Positions 51,359 to 62,276 of a DNA stretch of 64,000 nt are shown piece by piece (position 1 is the stretch's first letter; every line of letters begins with the position of its first letter). Made by a program: the position numbers and the translations under genes. The notes under the pieces were generated by a model that was given only the letters and a program-made list of their open reading frames with translations, was not told the DNA's origin and did no database searches. This stretch comes from an uncultured Actinomycetota bacterium (lineage in GTDB: Bacteria; Actinomycetota; Actinomycetes; Mycobacteriales; Mycobacteriaceae). The DNA is taken from NCBI GenBank assembly GCA_963780705.1, contig CAWACU010000002.1:235226-299225 (forward strand). Reading direction: 5' to 3'.

Positions 51359-52663
51359 TCACGCGGGGGAGAAGCTGAACACCTGACCTCCACTGGTCGC
51401 GACCACCACGCGACGGTCGTATCCGACCGACACCCCGACGGGATAGCCGGCGGCCTGGGGCAGCGGATAGCTGTTGACGGTTCGCCCGCCGTCGGCGGGA
51501 TTGAACGCCAGCAGCGAGAGTTCGTTGGGCGCGGTTGCGACCACGGTGTAGGCGACCTGGTCGCCGGCCTGGCTGGACGTCGTCAGCGCAGTGACATCGT
51601 CTCGGCGCCACACCGCCTCGGCGCGGTCACCGGCGTCGCGCAAACCCACCAGTCGGGTGTCCGGTCCACCGCCGGCGATGATCAGCCCGCCCGGGGCCAC
51701 CGACGGCGGGGTCTGGGGCTGAAAATCCAGTGGCGCAGACCATTTCACGCTGCCGTCCTCGGCGTTGAGCGCCCACAGTTGACGGTCCCGGCCGTTGACG
51801 TAGACCGTCGCCCCGTCGGCGGAGAACACCGGGCTGCCCAGCACTCCGGCGCTCACCGCCTCGCTGGTCCACAACCGCGACAGCAGTGGCGTCTGCCCCG
51901 GTTGATAGCGCAGCGCGGTCAGTGTGGAGGCCGCCGCCCCCGGCTGCCACACCCCGATGACGACGATCCTGCTCTCGGCCGAGAACGCCGGCGCGGCAGC
52001 CACCGGGCAGCCGGGTAGCGACTGCGCACAGTCGGTCAGTCCGCGCAGCGGATCGGTGGGGTCGACGCCGCCGACCAGATCAACCGGCGAGCCCGACACC
52101 ACACCTCGATGGGAATCGAAGACCAGCACCTGACCCAGATGAGTCACCACCAGCAGCTGTCCACCGTCGAGAAACCTTGCCGTGGTGGGCATTCCGATGA
52201 CGTTGGTCCGCCACCGCACCCACTGGGTGGGCGGGTAGGAGATCATCAGCCCGGGCTGGCCGATGTAGAGGTTGTCGAAGCCGTCGAACAGCGGGCTGGT
52301 GAACCCGCCTCCGAGCACCATCCGGGTACACCAGCGCTGCCGTCCGCTGTTGTCGTTCTCCCAGACCATCAGTGAGCAGCCACCGGCGGTCTGGCCGTTG
52401 ACGGCCAGATACCGTTCCGCGCCCAGCGCGGCGGCGGCGCCCAATTCGCCCTTGACTGAGCGACTCCACGACAGCGTCAGCTCACCGGCGCCATCGGTGG
52501 AGGTGAAGCTGCTGTTGGCCGCGTCGGCGTACTGGGCCGGCCATCCCCGCGCCGCGGTCGCGTCCACCCAGGAGTCGGTGGTGCCGCACCCGATCAGCCC
52601 GCTGATCAGCAGCGCTGTCGATGTCAGGGCGATCGCTCGCCGCAGCACCGGTGTCCTGGCCAT
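51359..52663 (-). CDS. PQQ-like beta-propeller lipoprotein (Rv3035-like)
   Basis: Lipobox LIGC; LWALNAEDGSVKW propeller repeat. Confidence 0.85.
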   Translation of the reverse strand: MARTPVLRRAIALTSTALLISGLIGCGTTDSWVDATAARGWPAQYADAANSSFTSTDGAGELTLSWSRSVKGELGAAAALGAERYLAVNGQTAGGCSLMVWENDNSGRQRWCTRMVLGGGFTSPLFDGFDNLYIGQPGLMISYPPTQWVRWRTNVIGMPTTARFLDGGQLLVVTHLGQVLVFDSHRGVVSGSPVDLVGGVDPTDPLRGLTDCAQSLPGCPVAAAPAFSAESRIVVIGVWQPGAAASTLTALRYQPGQTPLLSRLWTSEAVSAGVLGSPVFSADGATVYVNGRDRQLWALNAEDGSVKWSAPLDFQPQTPPSVAPGGLIIAGGGPDTRLVGLRDAGDRAEAVWRRDDVTALTTSSQAGDQVAYTVVATAPNELSLLAFNPADGGRTVNSYPLPQAAGYPVGVSVGYDRRVVVATSGGQVFSFSPA

Positions 52664-52726
52664 CCTGGGGAGACTAACGCCTTGCCGCACCCGGCAGCGG
52701 GAGCCGCCGCCGCTAAGCTCAGCGTC

Positions 52727-53503
52727 GTGGAACTCAATGGAGCTAGCGCAATCGTCACCGGTGGGGCCTCAGGTATCGGGGCCGCCACCGCTCGTCAACT
52801 GGCCGATCTCGGCGCCCAGGTCGTCATCGCCGACATGCAGGCCGAGCGCGGGCAGGCCCTCGCCGGCGAGATCGGCGGGGTGTTCGTCCCGGTCGATGTC
52901 ACCAAGACCGAGCAGATCGAGGACGCGGTCAACACCGCCATGGATCTCGGCCCGTTGCGGGCGCTGGTCAACTCGGCCGGGGTGGGCTGGGCGCAGCGCA
53001 CCATCGGCAAGGACGGGGAATTCGCCTCGGCGCACAACCTCGACGCCTACCGCAAGGTCATCGCGATCAATCTGGTCGGCACCTTCGACTGCATCCGCCT
53101 TGCGGCCACCGCGATGAGTCGCCTGGAGCCCACCGCCACCGGTGAGCGTGGCGCGATCGTCAACATGACCAGCGTCGCGGCCTTCGACGGGCAGATCGGC
53201 CAGGCCGCGTACTCGTCGTCCAAGGGTGGCGTCGTCGGGTTGACGCTGCCGGTGGCCCGCGACCTCGCCGCGGTGGGGATCCGGGTCAACACCGTGGCGC
53301 CGGGTCTGATCGACACACCCATCTACGGCGAGGGCGAAGCCTCCGAAGCCTTCAAGGCCAAGCTCGGCGAGTCGGTGCTGTTCCCGCACCGCCTCGGCAA
53401 GCCGGAGGAACTGGCCTCGATGGTCATCGAACTGATCACCAACTCCTACATGAACGCCGAGGTGATCCGCGTCGACGGCGGCATCCGGATGCCACCGAAG
53501 TAG
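52727..53503 (+). CDS. 3-hydroxyacyl-CoA dehydrogenase type 2-like SDR
   Basis: [28 protein letters not shown]. Confidence 0.92.
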   Translation: MELNGASAIVTGGASGIGAATARQLADLGAQVVIADMQAERGQALAGEIGGVFVPVDVTKTEQIEDAVNTAMDLGPLRALVNSAGVGWAQRTIGKDGEFASAHNLDAYRKVIAINLVGTFDCIRLAATAMSRLEPTATGERGAIVNMTSVAAFDGQIGQAAYSSSKGGVVGLTLPVARDLAAVGIRVNTVAPGLIDTPIYGEGEASEAFKAKLGESVLFPHRLGKPEELASMVIELITNSYMNAEVIRVDGGIRMPPK

Positions 53504-53507
53504 CGCC

Positions 53508-54245
53508 ATGACCAGCATGTGGGGCTCACCGATCCACAAGCGGTGGCGCGGGTCACGGCTCCGCGATCCGCGTCAGGCCCGGTTCCTCACCAAGGCCTCG
53601 CTGAAGTGGGTGATCGACAACCGCGCGTACACCCCGTGGTACCTGGTGCGCTACTGGCGGCTGTTGAAGTTCAAGCTGGCCAACCCGCACATCATCACCC
53701 GCGGCATGGTGTTCCTCGGCAAGAACGTTGAGATCCACGCCACCCCGGAGCTGGCACAGATGGAGATCGGCCGGTGGGTGCACATCGGCGACAAGAACAC
53801 CATCCGCGCCCATGAGGGCTCGTTGCGGCTGGGCGACAAGGTGGTGTTCGGCCGCGACAATGTCATCAACTGCTACATCGACATCGAGTTCGGTGAGTCG
53901 GCGCTGATGGCCGACTGGTGCTACATCTGCGACTTCGATCATCGGATGGACAACATCGAGCTGCCGATCAAGGACCAGGGGATCGTCAAGAGCCCGGTGC
54001 GCATCGGCCCGGATACCTGGATCGCCGCGAAGGTGACGGTGCTGCGCGGCACCCTGGTCGGCCGCGGCTGCGTGCTCGGCGCGCACGCGGTGGTCAAGGG
54101 CGAGATCCCGGACTACTCCATCGCGGTCGGCTCGCCGGCCAAGGTGGTCAAGAACCGCAAGCTCTCCTGGGAGACCTCCGCGGCTCAACGGGCCGAGTTG
54201 GCCGCCGCGCTGGCCGACATCGAACGCAAGAAAGCCGCCAAGTAG
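53508..54245 (+). CDS. Hexapeptide-repeat acyltransferase (Rv3034c-like)
   Basis: Left-handed beta-helix repeats; DFDH; VGSPAKVVK. Confidence 0.9.
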   Translation: MTSMWGSPIHKRWRGSRLRDPRQARFLTKASLKWVIDNRAYTPWYLVRYWRLLKFKLANPHIITRGMVFLGKNVEIHATPELAQMEIGRWVHIGDKNTIRAHEGSLRLGDKVVFGRDNVINCYIDIEFGESALMADWCYICDFDHRMDNIELPIKDQGIVKSPVRIGPDTWIAAKVTVLRGTLVGRGCVLGAHAVVKGEIPDYSIAVGSPAKVVKNRKLSWETSAAQRAELAAALADIERKKAAK

Positions 54246-54266
54246 CGCGAAGGCCCGCGCATCGCG

Positions 54267-54327
54267 CGCGAAATCGACACCAGGGCTGGTGATTTTTGTG
54301 GATCGCAGCCCTGGTGTGGATTTCGCG
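54267..54327. repeat. Long REP-like hairpin or bidirectional terminator between convergent genes
   Basis: cgcgaaatcgacaccagggctg...cagccctggtgtggatttcgcg. Confidence 0.75.
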
Positions 54328-54334
54328 TAGGGAA

Positions 54335-55567
54335 TCAGCGGTCCGGCAGGGCGTGCTCGACGATCGGCCGACGCGCGTGCGGTTCGCGTTCCCGGCGCTT
54401 GGCCGCCAGGTACACCTGTGCGGTCTCCGCGGCCACGGTGTGCCAGTCGAAATCGGACGTGAGACGCTCGCGCGCCGCAACGGCGCGGCGCTGGGCGGCG
54501 GCCGGGTCGTCGAGCACCGCGCGCACGGCGTCCGCCAGTGCGGCCACATCGCGCGGCGGAAACGACAGCCCGGTCTGTCCGTCGATGACGGCCTCGCCGA
54601 GGCCGCCGACGTTCGAGGTCACCAGCGGAGCGCCCGCGGCCGCGGCCTCCAGGGCCACGATGCCGAATGGTTCGTAGTGGCTGGGCAGCACGGCGACATC
54701 GGCGCGGTGTAACAGCTCCAGCAGCTGATCGTGATCGACGAGGCCGACGAAGGTGATGGCCTTGAGCACCTTGTGCTTACGGGCCAGCTCGATGAGCCAG
54801 TCCAACTGGGTGCCCTCGCCGGCGATGGTCAGCGTGGTGCCCGGGTGGGTGCGACGGATCCGCGGCAGCGCGGCGATCGCATCGTGGACACCCTTCTCGT
54901 ATTCCAGCCGGCCCAGGTACAGCAGCTCCGCGGGACCTGAATGCGCTCGACGGCGCGCGAACGGCCAACGCCCCGAGTCGATCCCGTTGCGGATGACGGT
55001 GACGTCGGCCAGTCCCGGGCCGAACAGCTCAGCGATCTCCTCGCGCATCGACGCCGAGCACGCGATGATCGAGTCCGATTCGCGCGCCAGCCACGACTCC
55101 GACGCATGCACCTGCCGGCTGATCAGCCCGCTCACCCATCCGGAGTGACGGCCGGCCTCGGTGGCGTGCATGGTGGAGACCAGCGGCACGTCGAAGAACT
55201 CGGCCAGGGCGATGGCGGGATGGGCTACCAGCCAGTCGTGGGCGTGCACCACATCCGGTGTCCACCCGTCGCGAGCAAGCCCCAGGCCCGCGCGAATCAT
55301 GGCGTGCCCCATCGCCAGTGTCCAGGCCATCATGTCGGAGCCGAAGTCGAACTCGTGCGGATCCTGCGCGGCCGCGATCACCCGTACGCCCTCGGCCATC
55401 GAGTCGGTGGTGGGGTGGCTGGCCGGATCGGTGTCGGCGGGCCGACGGGACAGCACCACCACCTCGTGGCCGTCGGCGGCAAGGGCGGTGGCCAACTGAT
55501 AGACGTGCCGGCCGAGGCCGCCGATCACCACTGGCGGGTACTCCCACGACACCATCAGGATCTTCAC
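54335..55567 (-). CDS. GT4 alpha-1,4-glucosyltransferase (Rv3032-like)
   Basis: MVSWEYPP..GGLG, HAHDW, GRLEYEKG, YEPFGIVALEA. Confidence 0.92.
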   Translation of the reverse strand: MKILMVSWEYPPVVIGGLGRHVYQLATALAADGHEVVVLSRRPADTDPASHPTTDSMAEGVRVIAAAQDPHEFDFGSDMMAWTLAMGHAMIRAGLGLARDGWTPDVVHAHDWLVAHPAIALAEFFDVPLVSTMHATEAGRHSGWVSGLISRQVHASESWLARESDSIIACSASMREEIAELFGPGLADVTVIRNGIDSGRWPFARRRAHSGPAELLYLGRLEYEKGVHDAIAALPRIRRTHPGTTLTIAGEGTQLDWLIELARKHKVLKAITFVGLVDHDQLLELLHRADVAVLPSHYEPFGIVALEAAAAGAPLVTSNVGGLGEAVIDGQTGLSFPPRDVAALADAVRAVLDDPAAAQRRAVAARERLTSDFDWHTVAAETAQVYLAAKRREREPHARRPIVEHALPDR

Positions 55568-55574
55568 GGCAGGC

Positions 55575-57134
55575 TCATCGGGGAAGTCGCCGGGCGTCGA
55601 GGGCGCCGAAGAGTCCGTCGGCCGCATTCCACCCCGCTGCCAACCGCTGCGCGGCCTCGCGGTGACCCGACGCCAGCGCGTCGGCGATCTCCCGGGTGGC
55701 ATGCGCGTGCAGGTGCGCCCGGTAGCGCGCATAGTCCGCGGCAGAATCCTTGCTCACCATGAACGGCCAGTCGCTGGACACCGTCAGCAGCGTCTCGCGC
55801 AGGATCTGATCGGCGACCACGTCGCGCGTCGGCGCGCTGCCGGTCTGAGCCAGCGCCTTGTCGATCGTGCTCAACGCCGTGTCGACCACTTCGGTGTTCA
55901 GCGCCACCAGGTCGGCCACCTGGGGGCCGGCCCACACCTGCCAATCCTTGCCCGAACCCCACGAGCTTGGCGGCAATTCGACTGGGGTACCGGTGAATCC
56001 GCGCTCGCGGGCGTCGGTCAGCGTGCCCACCGTCACCCCGGCCTCGGGCAGTGCGCGCAGCAGGCGGGCCAGCCAGGTGGGGCCCTCATACCACCAGTGG
56101 CCGAACAGTTCGGTGTCGAAGGCGGCGATGACGTGGGCGGGCCGGCCGATGCGCGCCGACTCGCTGATCAACCGGGCGCGCACCATCTCGACGAAATCGT
56201 CGACGTGGGCGTCCACCGCCCGATCGGCGCGCTGCGGGTCATACGGCGCCTTGTGCTCGGAGTCCACCTGACGGCCCGTCACCCGCGCCGGCTTGAGCCC
56301 GGTCAGGTGGTCGTAGGTGTGGAAGTCGCGGTACGACGGGTGGCCCGGGTAGCCGGACTTCGGCGACCACACCCGGTAGCTCACCGCCAGATCGCGCCCG
56401 AATGCCACCACACCGCTGTCGCCGACGGGGCGGCCCAGGGCGGTGTCGCCGTGCAGCGAGGGGCCGTCAACCATGAAGTGGCCCACGCCCGCGTCGCGGT
56501 AGCCGTCCTCCATGCCCGGCGCGTAGGCGCACTCCGGCGCCCAGATCCCGGACGGGGTATGCCCGAATCGCTGGCCGGCGTCGGCCAGGCCCTCGCGCAG
56601 CGCGAACTCGCGCAGTCGCGGCGCCAGCAGCGGCTGGAACGGGTGCGCCAGCGGGCCGCCGAGCAGTTCCACCGTGCCGGCGTCGATCAATTGGCGCAGC
56701 AGCGGACTCGCGCCGTGGCGCCACAGGGTGGTGAAGTCGTCCAGCGCGCTACTGGCTTCGGCGTACTCGCGAATCCCGAACGCCCGCAGCGCTTCCGGGG
56801 ACGTCGCCGTTCCCGGGGCTGCACCGGTGTCGGTGTGGACGTTGGCCGCCTCGAGTGCGCGCAGCTGCCAGTTGGCCAGCCAGCGGTGCATACCGTCGAG
56901 GCAATAGGGATCGTCGAGTTGGGCGGCGACCACCGGGGTCAGGCCCAGGGTCAGCACACCGCGGCGGCCCTCGGCGGCCAGTCCGCGCAGCACGCGCATC
57001 AGCGGCAGGTACGACGCCGCCCACGACTGATAGAGCCATTCCTCGCCGACCGGCCAGCGGCCGTGGTGCGCCAGCCACGGCAGGTGGGTGTGCAGCACCA
57101 GGCTGAACTGCCCGGGGACGTCCTCCCGTGTCAC
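55575..57134 (-). CDS. GH57 1,4-alpha-glucan branching enzyme (Rv3031-like)
   Basis: HTHLP, GIWAPEC, DTELFGHWWYEG, SSDWPF. Confidence 0.93.
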   Translation of the reverse strand: MTREDVPGQFSLVLHTHLPWLAHHGRWPVGEEWLYQSWAASYLPLMRVLRGLAAEGRRGVLTLGLTPVVAAQLDDPYCLDGMHRWLANWQLRALEAANVHTDTGAAPGTATSPEALRAFGIREYAEASSALDDFTTLWRHGASPLLRQLIDAGTVELLGGPLAHPFQPLLAPRLREFALREGLADAGQRFGHTPSGIWAPECAYAPGMEDGYRDAGVGHFMVDGPSLHGDTALGRPVGDSGVVAFGRDLAVSYRVWSPKSGYPGHPSYRDFHTYDHLTGLKPARVTGRQVDSEHKAPYDPQRADRAVDAHVDDFVEMVRARLISESARIGRPAHVIAAFDTELFGHWWYEGPTWLARLLRALPEAGVTVGTLTDARERGFTGTPVELPPSSWGSGKDWQVWAGPQVADLVALNTEVVDTALSTIDKALAQTGSAPTRDVVADQILRETLLTVSSDWPFMVSKDSAADYARYRAHLHAHATREIADALASGHREAAQRLAAGWNAADGLFGALDARRLPR

Positions 57135-57907
57135 CGGCGGACTGCGATCGCCAGCAGATCCAAGCTGTCGTCGATGTCGCGGGCCCTGTGGTCCACGATC
57201 TCGAAGTCCTCGCAGCGCACCGCCGCGACATCGGCCAGCAGGTCGGCCGGCCACTCGGCGTCGGCCAACGCCCGGGCGATCTGCGCCTCGATGATCGAAC
57301 CGCCGTGGCGGGCATCCATCTCCACCAACCGCGGACCGTGGAACACCCCGGCCATCGACTCGACCTCGAAGCCGGCGGCCTCGAGGAGTTCGCGCAGTTC
57401 TGCGGCGTTGAGTTCGCGGGTGTGGAACGGGTTGACCGGGGTGTCGCTGCCGGGGGTGAAGGTGATGCGGTTCGGGGTCGAGATCAGCAGCCGACCCGCC
57501 GGACGCAGCACGCGTAAGCATTCGGTAATGAACTGTGGCTGATCCCACAAATGCTCGATGACCTGGAAGTTCACCACCACGTCCACCGAGGCGTCGGGCA
57601 GCGGCAGGGCGGCCAGATTGCCCTCGGCAACCTCCACCGCCGGGTAGCGGGCGCGGACATGGGCGACGGTGGCGGCGTCGTAGTCCAGCGCCAGCACCCG
57701 GTTGGCCGACGCTGCCAGCAGATCGGCGCCGTAGCCCTCGCCGCAACCGGCCTCAAATACATCTCTACCTGCGCAGATACCCGCGCAGTGACGGTAGACG
57801 ACCTCGTGGCGGCGGAACCAGTAGTTCTCCACCGCCAGGCCCGGGACGGTGCGCTCACCGGTCAGCGGCAGGCCGCCGTCCGCGGTGTCCGTCACGTGTG
57901 CATTCAT
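57131..57907 (-). CDS. SAM-dependent methyltransferase (Rv3030-like)
   Basis: LTGERT, EAGCGEGYG, FQVIEH, STPNR. Confidence 0.92.
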   Translation of the reverse strand: MNAHVTDTADGGLPLTGERTVPGLAVENYWFRRHEVVYRHCAGICAGRDVFEAGCGEGYGADLLAASANRVLALDYDAATVAHVRARYPAVEVAEGNLAALPLPDASVDVVVNFQVIEHLWDQPQFITECLRVLRPAGRLLISTPNRITFTPGSDTPVNPFHTRELNAAELRELLEAAGFEVESMAGVFHGPRLVEMDARHGGSIIEAQIARALADAEWPADLLADVAAVRCEDFEIVDHRARDIDDSLDLLAIAVRR

Positions 57908-58113
57908 CGCAAGGCAGGCTAACGGCGAAAGGTGCATATGGCGAACTACTGCCTCGGGCCGGGCCTGCGAGAACACCGATCGAGGGCAGCTATGGTGATG
58001 GTGCGAACCACCACAAGTTACTGGCTAGTAACATGGCGTGGTCAGCGGAACTCATCCGATAGCCGCTCGGCCGACCGGTCGGGCGGACCCTTGCCAGGAG
58101 GACTAACACAGCC

Positions 58114-58905
58114 ATGACGAATATCGTGGTGCTGATCAAACAGGTCCCCGACACCTGGTCGGAGCGCAAGCTCTCCGACGGTGACTGGACCCTCGACCGC
58201 GAGGCGGCCGACGCCGTCCTCGACGAGATCAACGAGCGCGCCGTCGAAGAGGCGCTGCTGATCAAGGAGAAGGAAGGCGGCGAGAGCACGGTCACCGTGC
58301 TGACCGCCGGACCCGAGCGCGCCACCGAGGCGATCCGCAAGGCACTGTCGATGGGCGCCGACAAGGGCGTGCACCTGCTCGACGAGCGGCTGCACGGTTC
58401 CGACATGGTGCAGACCGGCTGGGCGCTGGCCCGCGCGCTGGGCACCATCGAGGGCGTCGATCTGGTGATCGCCGGTAACGAGGCCACCGACGGCACCGGC
58501 GGTGCCGTGCCGGCCATCATCGCCGAGTACCTCGGCCTGCCGCAGTTGACGCACATGCGCAAGATCACCGTCGAGGGCGGGACGATCAGCGGCGAGCGGG
58601 AGACCGACGAAGGCGTGTTCACCGTCGAGGCGTCACTGCCGGCCATCGTCAGCGTCAACGAGAAGATCAACGAGCCGCGCTTCCCGTCCTTCAAGGGCAT
58701 CATGGCCGCGAAGAAGAAGGAAGTCGCGACCATGAGCCTCGATGACATCGGCGTCGCCGCCGACGAGGTGGGCCTGGCCAACGCGGGCTCCTCGGTACTG
58801 ACGTCGACACCCAAGCCGCCGAAGACAGCCGGCGAGAAGGTCAGCGACGAGGGCGAGGGCGGCAAGAAGATCGCCGAGTATCTCGTCGCGCAAAAACTGA
58901 TCTAG
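58114..58905 (+). CDS. fixA: Electron transfer flavoprotein beta subunit
   Basis: IKQVPDT, ALSMGAD, INEPRFPS. Confidence 0.96.
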   Translation: MTNIVVLIKQVPDTWSERKLSDGDWTLDREAADAVLDEINERAVEEALLIKEKEGGESTVTVLTAGPERATEAIRKALSMGADKGVHLLDERLHGSDMVQTGWALARALGTIEGVDLVIAGNEATDGTGGAVPAIIAEYLGLPQLTHMRKITVEGGTISGERETDEGVFTVEASLPAIVSVNEKINEPRFPSFKGIMAAKKKEVATMSLDDIGVAADEVGLANAGSSVLTSTPKPPKTAGEKVSDEGEGGKKIAEYLVAQKLI

Positions 58906-58957
58906 CGCAGAAGCTCATCTAAGACACCCCTAGAGACTCCGAGAAAGAGAACCCCAC

Positions 58958-59914
58958 ATGGCTGAAGTACTTGTGCTCGTTGAGCACTCCGAGGGTGCGG
59001 TCAAGAAGGTCACCACCGAACTGATCACCGCCGCCCGCGCACTGGGTGAGCCGTCCGCCGTCGTGATCGGCGCGCCCGGCACCGCGGCACCGCTGGTCGA
59101 CGATCTCAAGGCCGCCGGTGCGGCCAAGATCTATGTCGCCGAGTCCGACGTCGCGGAGAGCTACCTCGTCACGCCGTTCGTCGACGTGCTGGAGAAGCTC
59201 ATCGAGTCGGCGACCCCGGCGGCGGTGCTGATCCCGGCGACCGCCGAGGGTAAGGAAGTCGCCGGGCGACTGGCGGCCCGCATCGGTTCCGGTGTGCTCT
59301 CCGACGTCGTCGAGATCAAGGGCGACGGCACCGCGATCCACTCGATCTTCGGTGGCGCGTTCACCGTCGAGGCGAAGGTCAACGCCGAGGTTCCGGTCAT
59401 CACCGTGCGGCCCGGCGCGATCGAGGCCGCACCGAGCGCCGGTGCCGGCGAGCAGGTCAGCGTGGAGGTGCCGGCCCCGGCTGCCAACGCCGCCAAGATC
59501 ACCTCGCGTCAGCCCGCTGTCGCCGGTGACCGGCCGGAGCTCACCGAGGCCTCCATCGTGGTCGCCGGAGGCCGCGGTGTCGGCAGCGCCGACAAGTTCG
59601 TCATCGTCGAGGAGCTTGCCGACTCGATGGGCGGAGCGGTCGGTGCCTCGCGTGCCGCCGTCGATTCCGGCTACTACCCGGGCCAGTTCCAGGTGGGCCA
59701 GACCGGCAAGACGGTGTCCCCGCAGCTGTACGTGGCTCTGGGCATCTCCGGAGCGATCCAGCACCGCGCCGGTATGCAGACGTCCAAGACCATCATCGCG
59801 ATCAACAAGGACGAGGAAGCCCCGATCTTCGAGATCTCCGACTACGGCGTGGTGGGCGACCTGTTCAGCGTCGCCCCGCAGCTCACCGAGGCGGTCAAGG
59901 CCCGTAAGGGCTGA
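58958..59914 (+). CDS. fixB: Electron transfer flavoprotein alpha subunit
   Basis: [29 protein letters not shown]. Confidence 0.96.
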   Translation: MAEVLVLVEHSEGAVKKVTTELITAARALGEPSAVVIGAPGTAAPLVDDLKAAGAAKIYVAESDVAESYLVTPFVDVLEKLIESATPAAVLIPATAEGKEVAGRLAARIGSGVLSDVVEIKGDGTAIHSIFGGAFTVEAKVNAEVPVITVRPGAIEAAPSAGAGEQVSVEVPAPAANAAKITSRQPAVAGDRPELTEASIVVAGGRGVGSADKFVIVEELADSMGGAVGASRAAVDSGYYPGQFQVGQTGKTVSPQLYVALGISGAIQHRAGMQTSKTIIAINKDEEAPIFEISDYGVVGDLFSVAPQLTEAVKARKG

Positions 59915-59927
59915 GCGTCGAACAGCG

Positions 59928-59968
59928 CGTAAAGGCCCCCGCAGCCCGGCATGTCGGGGGTTTTTACG
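59928..59968 (+). terminator. Intrinsic terminator after fixB
   Basis: GC-rich stem (cccccg...cggggg) followed by ttttt. Confidence 0.65.
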
Positions 59969-60011
59969 TCTGGTCGGCGGACATTCGGCACGCCGGTATC
60001 CTGAACGGGTC

Positions 60012-61211
60012 ATGAGCCAGAGCCGGTCGGTCTACCTCGACCACGCTGCCACCACCCCGATGCACGCCCAGGCCATCGAGGCGATGACGGCCGCGCTGGC
60101 CCAGGTGGGCAACCCCTCCTCGCTACACACCGCGGGCCGCGCGGCCCGGCGCCGGCTGGAGGAGTCCCGGGAGAGCATCGCCGCGCACCTGGGCGCCCGG
60201 CCGTCGGAGGTGATCTTCACCGCCGGTGGCACCGACAGCGACAACCTGGCCGTCAAGGGCATCTACTGGGCGCGCCGCGACGCCGATCCGATGCGCCGGC
60301 GCATCGTCACCACTGCCGTCGAACACCACGCTGTGCTGGATGCCGTCGACTGGCTGGCCGAGCACGAAGGCGCCGAGGTGACGTTCCTGCCGTGCGAGCC
60401 CGACGGCTCGGTGACCCCTGCGGCGCTGCGCGAGGTGCTGGCCCGCCACGACGACGTCGCCCTGGTCTCGGTGATGTGGGCCAACAACGAGGTCGGCACC
60501 ATCATGCCGATCGCCGAATTAGCCTCGGTGGCAGCTGAGTTCGACATTCCCATGCACAGCGACGCCGTGCAGACCGTCGGACAGGTGCCGTTGGACTTCA
60601 GCGGTTCCGGGCTGTCGGCTATGAGCATCACCGCGCACAAGTTCGGCGGTCCGGCCGGAGTCGGCGCGCTGCTGCTGCGCCGCGATACCGCCTGTGTGCC
60701 GCTGCTGCACGGCGGCGGTCAGGAGCGCGATGTGCGTTCCGGGACACCCGATGTGGCCGGTGCGGTCGCGATGGCGACGGCCACCGGGATCGCCGTCACC
60801 GGCCTCGCGGCCACCGCGGCCCGGTTACGAACACTCCGCGACCGGCTCATCGATGGCGTGCTCGGCGGGATCGACGACGTGGCGCTCAACGGTGCCGCGG
60901 GGGATCGCCGGCTTCCGGGCAACACCAACTTCACCTTCCGCGGCTGCGAGGGCGACTCGCTGCTGATGCTGCTCGATGCCAACGGAATCGAATGCTCGAC
61001 CGGTTCGGCGTGTACCGCCGGGGTGGCGCAGGCCTCCCATGTGCTGCTGGCGATGGGGCAGCAGGCCGGTGACGCGCGCGGATCGCTGCGGCTGTCGTTG
61101 GGCCACACCAGCACCGACGACGACGTGGCGGCCGTGCTGGCCGTGCTGCCCGGGGTGGTCGACCGGGCGCGGCGGGCGGCGCTGGCGAGTGCCGCGGCCG
61201 GTGACCGGTGA
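60012..61211 (+). CDS. iscS: Cysteine desulfurase
   Basis: [37 protein letters not shown]. Confidence 0.93.
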   Translation: MSQSRSVYLDHAATTPMHAQAIEAMTAALAQVGNPSSLHTAGRAARRRLEESRESIAAHLGARPSEVIFTAGGTDSDNLAVKGIYWARRDADPMRRRIVTTAVEHHAVLDAVDWLAEHEGAEVTFLPCEPDGSVTPAALREVLARHDDVALVSVMWANNEVGTIMPIAELASVAAEFDIPMHSDAVQTVGQVPLDFSGSGLSAMSITAHKFGGPAGVGALLLRRDTACVPLLHGGGQERDVRSGTPDVAGAVAMATATGIAVTGLAATAARLRTLRDRLIDGVLGGIDDVALNGAAGDRRLPGNTNFTFRGCEGDSLLMLLDANGIECSTGSACTAGVAQASHVLLAMGQQAGDARGSLRLSLGHTSTDDDVAAVLAVLPGVVDRARRAALASAAAGDR

Positions 61212-62276
61212 GAGGTGCTTGCCGCGATGAGCGGCGGGGTGGACTCCTCGGTGGCGGCCGCGCGGATGGTCGATGCCGGACATGACGTGGTGGGGGTGCA
61301 CCTGGCGCTGTCGTCCGCACCGGGCACTCTGCGTACCGGCTCGCGGGGCTGCTGCTCCAAGGAGGATGCCGGCGGATGCCCGCCGCGTCGCCGATGTGCT
61401 CGGGATCCCCTTCTACGTCTGGGATTTCGCCGATCGCTTCGCCGAAGAGGTGATCGACGACTTCGTCGACACCTACGCCCGCGGCGAGACCCCCAACCCC
61501 TGCGTGCGGTGCAACGAGCGAATCAAGTTCTCCGCGCTGTCGGCCAAGGCACTGGCACTGGGATTCGACGCGGTGGCCACCGGGCACTACGCCCGCCTGG
61601 AACAGGGCCGGCTGCGCCGCGCCGTCGACCGCGACAAGGACCAGTCCTACGTTCTGGCCGTGCTGACCGCCGGGCAATTGCGCGCACGCGGCGTTCCCGA
61701 TCGGCGATACCGCCAAGCCCGCGATCCGCGACGAGGCGGCGCGGCGCGGCTTGGCGGTGGCCGAGAAGCCCGACAGCCACGACATCTGCTTCATCCCCTC
61801 CGGTGACACCCGCGCGTTCCTCGGGCGAGCGCATCGGGCTTCGTCCCGGCGCGGTGGTCGACGCCGACGGCGAGGTGCTGGCCCGCCACGACGGGGTGCA
61901 CGGCTTCACCATCGGCCAGCGCAAGGGCCTGGGCATCGCCGGGCCCGGACCCGATGGGCAGCCGCGCTACGTGACCGCTATCGACGCCGAGACCGGCACG
62001 GTGCGGGTGGGCAGCGCCGAGGACCTCGAGGTGTGGGAGCTGTCCGGCCGGGACCCGGTGTTCACCTCCGGCGCCGCACCCGTGGGGCTGCTCGACTGCG
62101 AGGTCCAGGTGCGCGCGCACGGCGGTGTGGCCGCCGGTGTCGCCGAACTACGCGACGGCCGGCTGAGCATGTCGCTGCGTGAGCCGCTGCGCGGCGTTGC
62201 GGCGGGGCAGACGATGGTGCTCTACCGCCCGGACCCCGATGGTGACGAAGTCATCGCCAGCGCGACCATCGCGTGA
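61208..62276 (+). CDS. mnmA: tRNA 2-thiouridylase (frameshifted)
   Basis: [41 protein letters not shown]. Confidence 0.95.

Noticed and set aside
59292-60011. Apparent long N-terminal extension of IscS (639-aa ORF)
   Set aside because: It overlaps fixB out of frame and crosses a terminator; a TATCCT -10 supports the ATG at 60012
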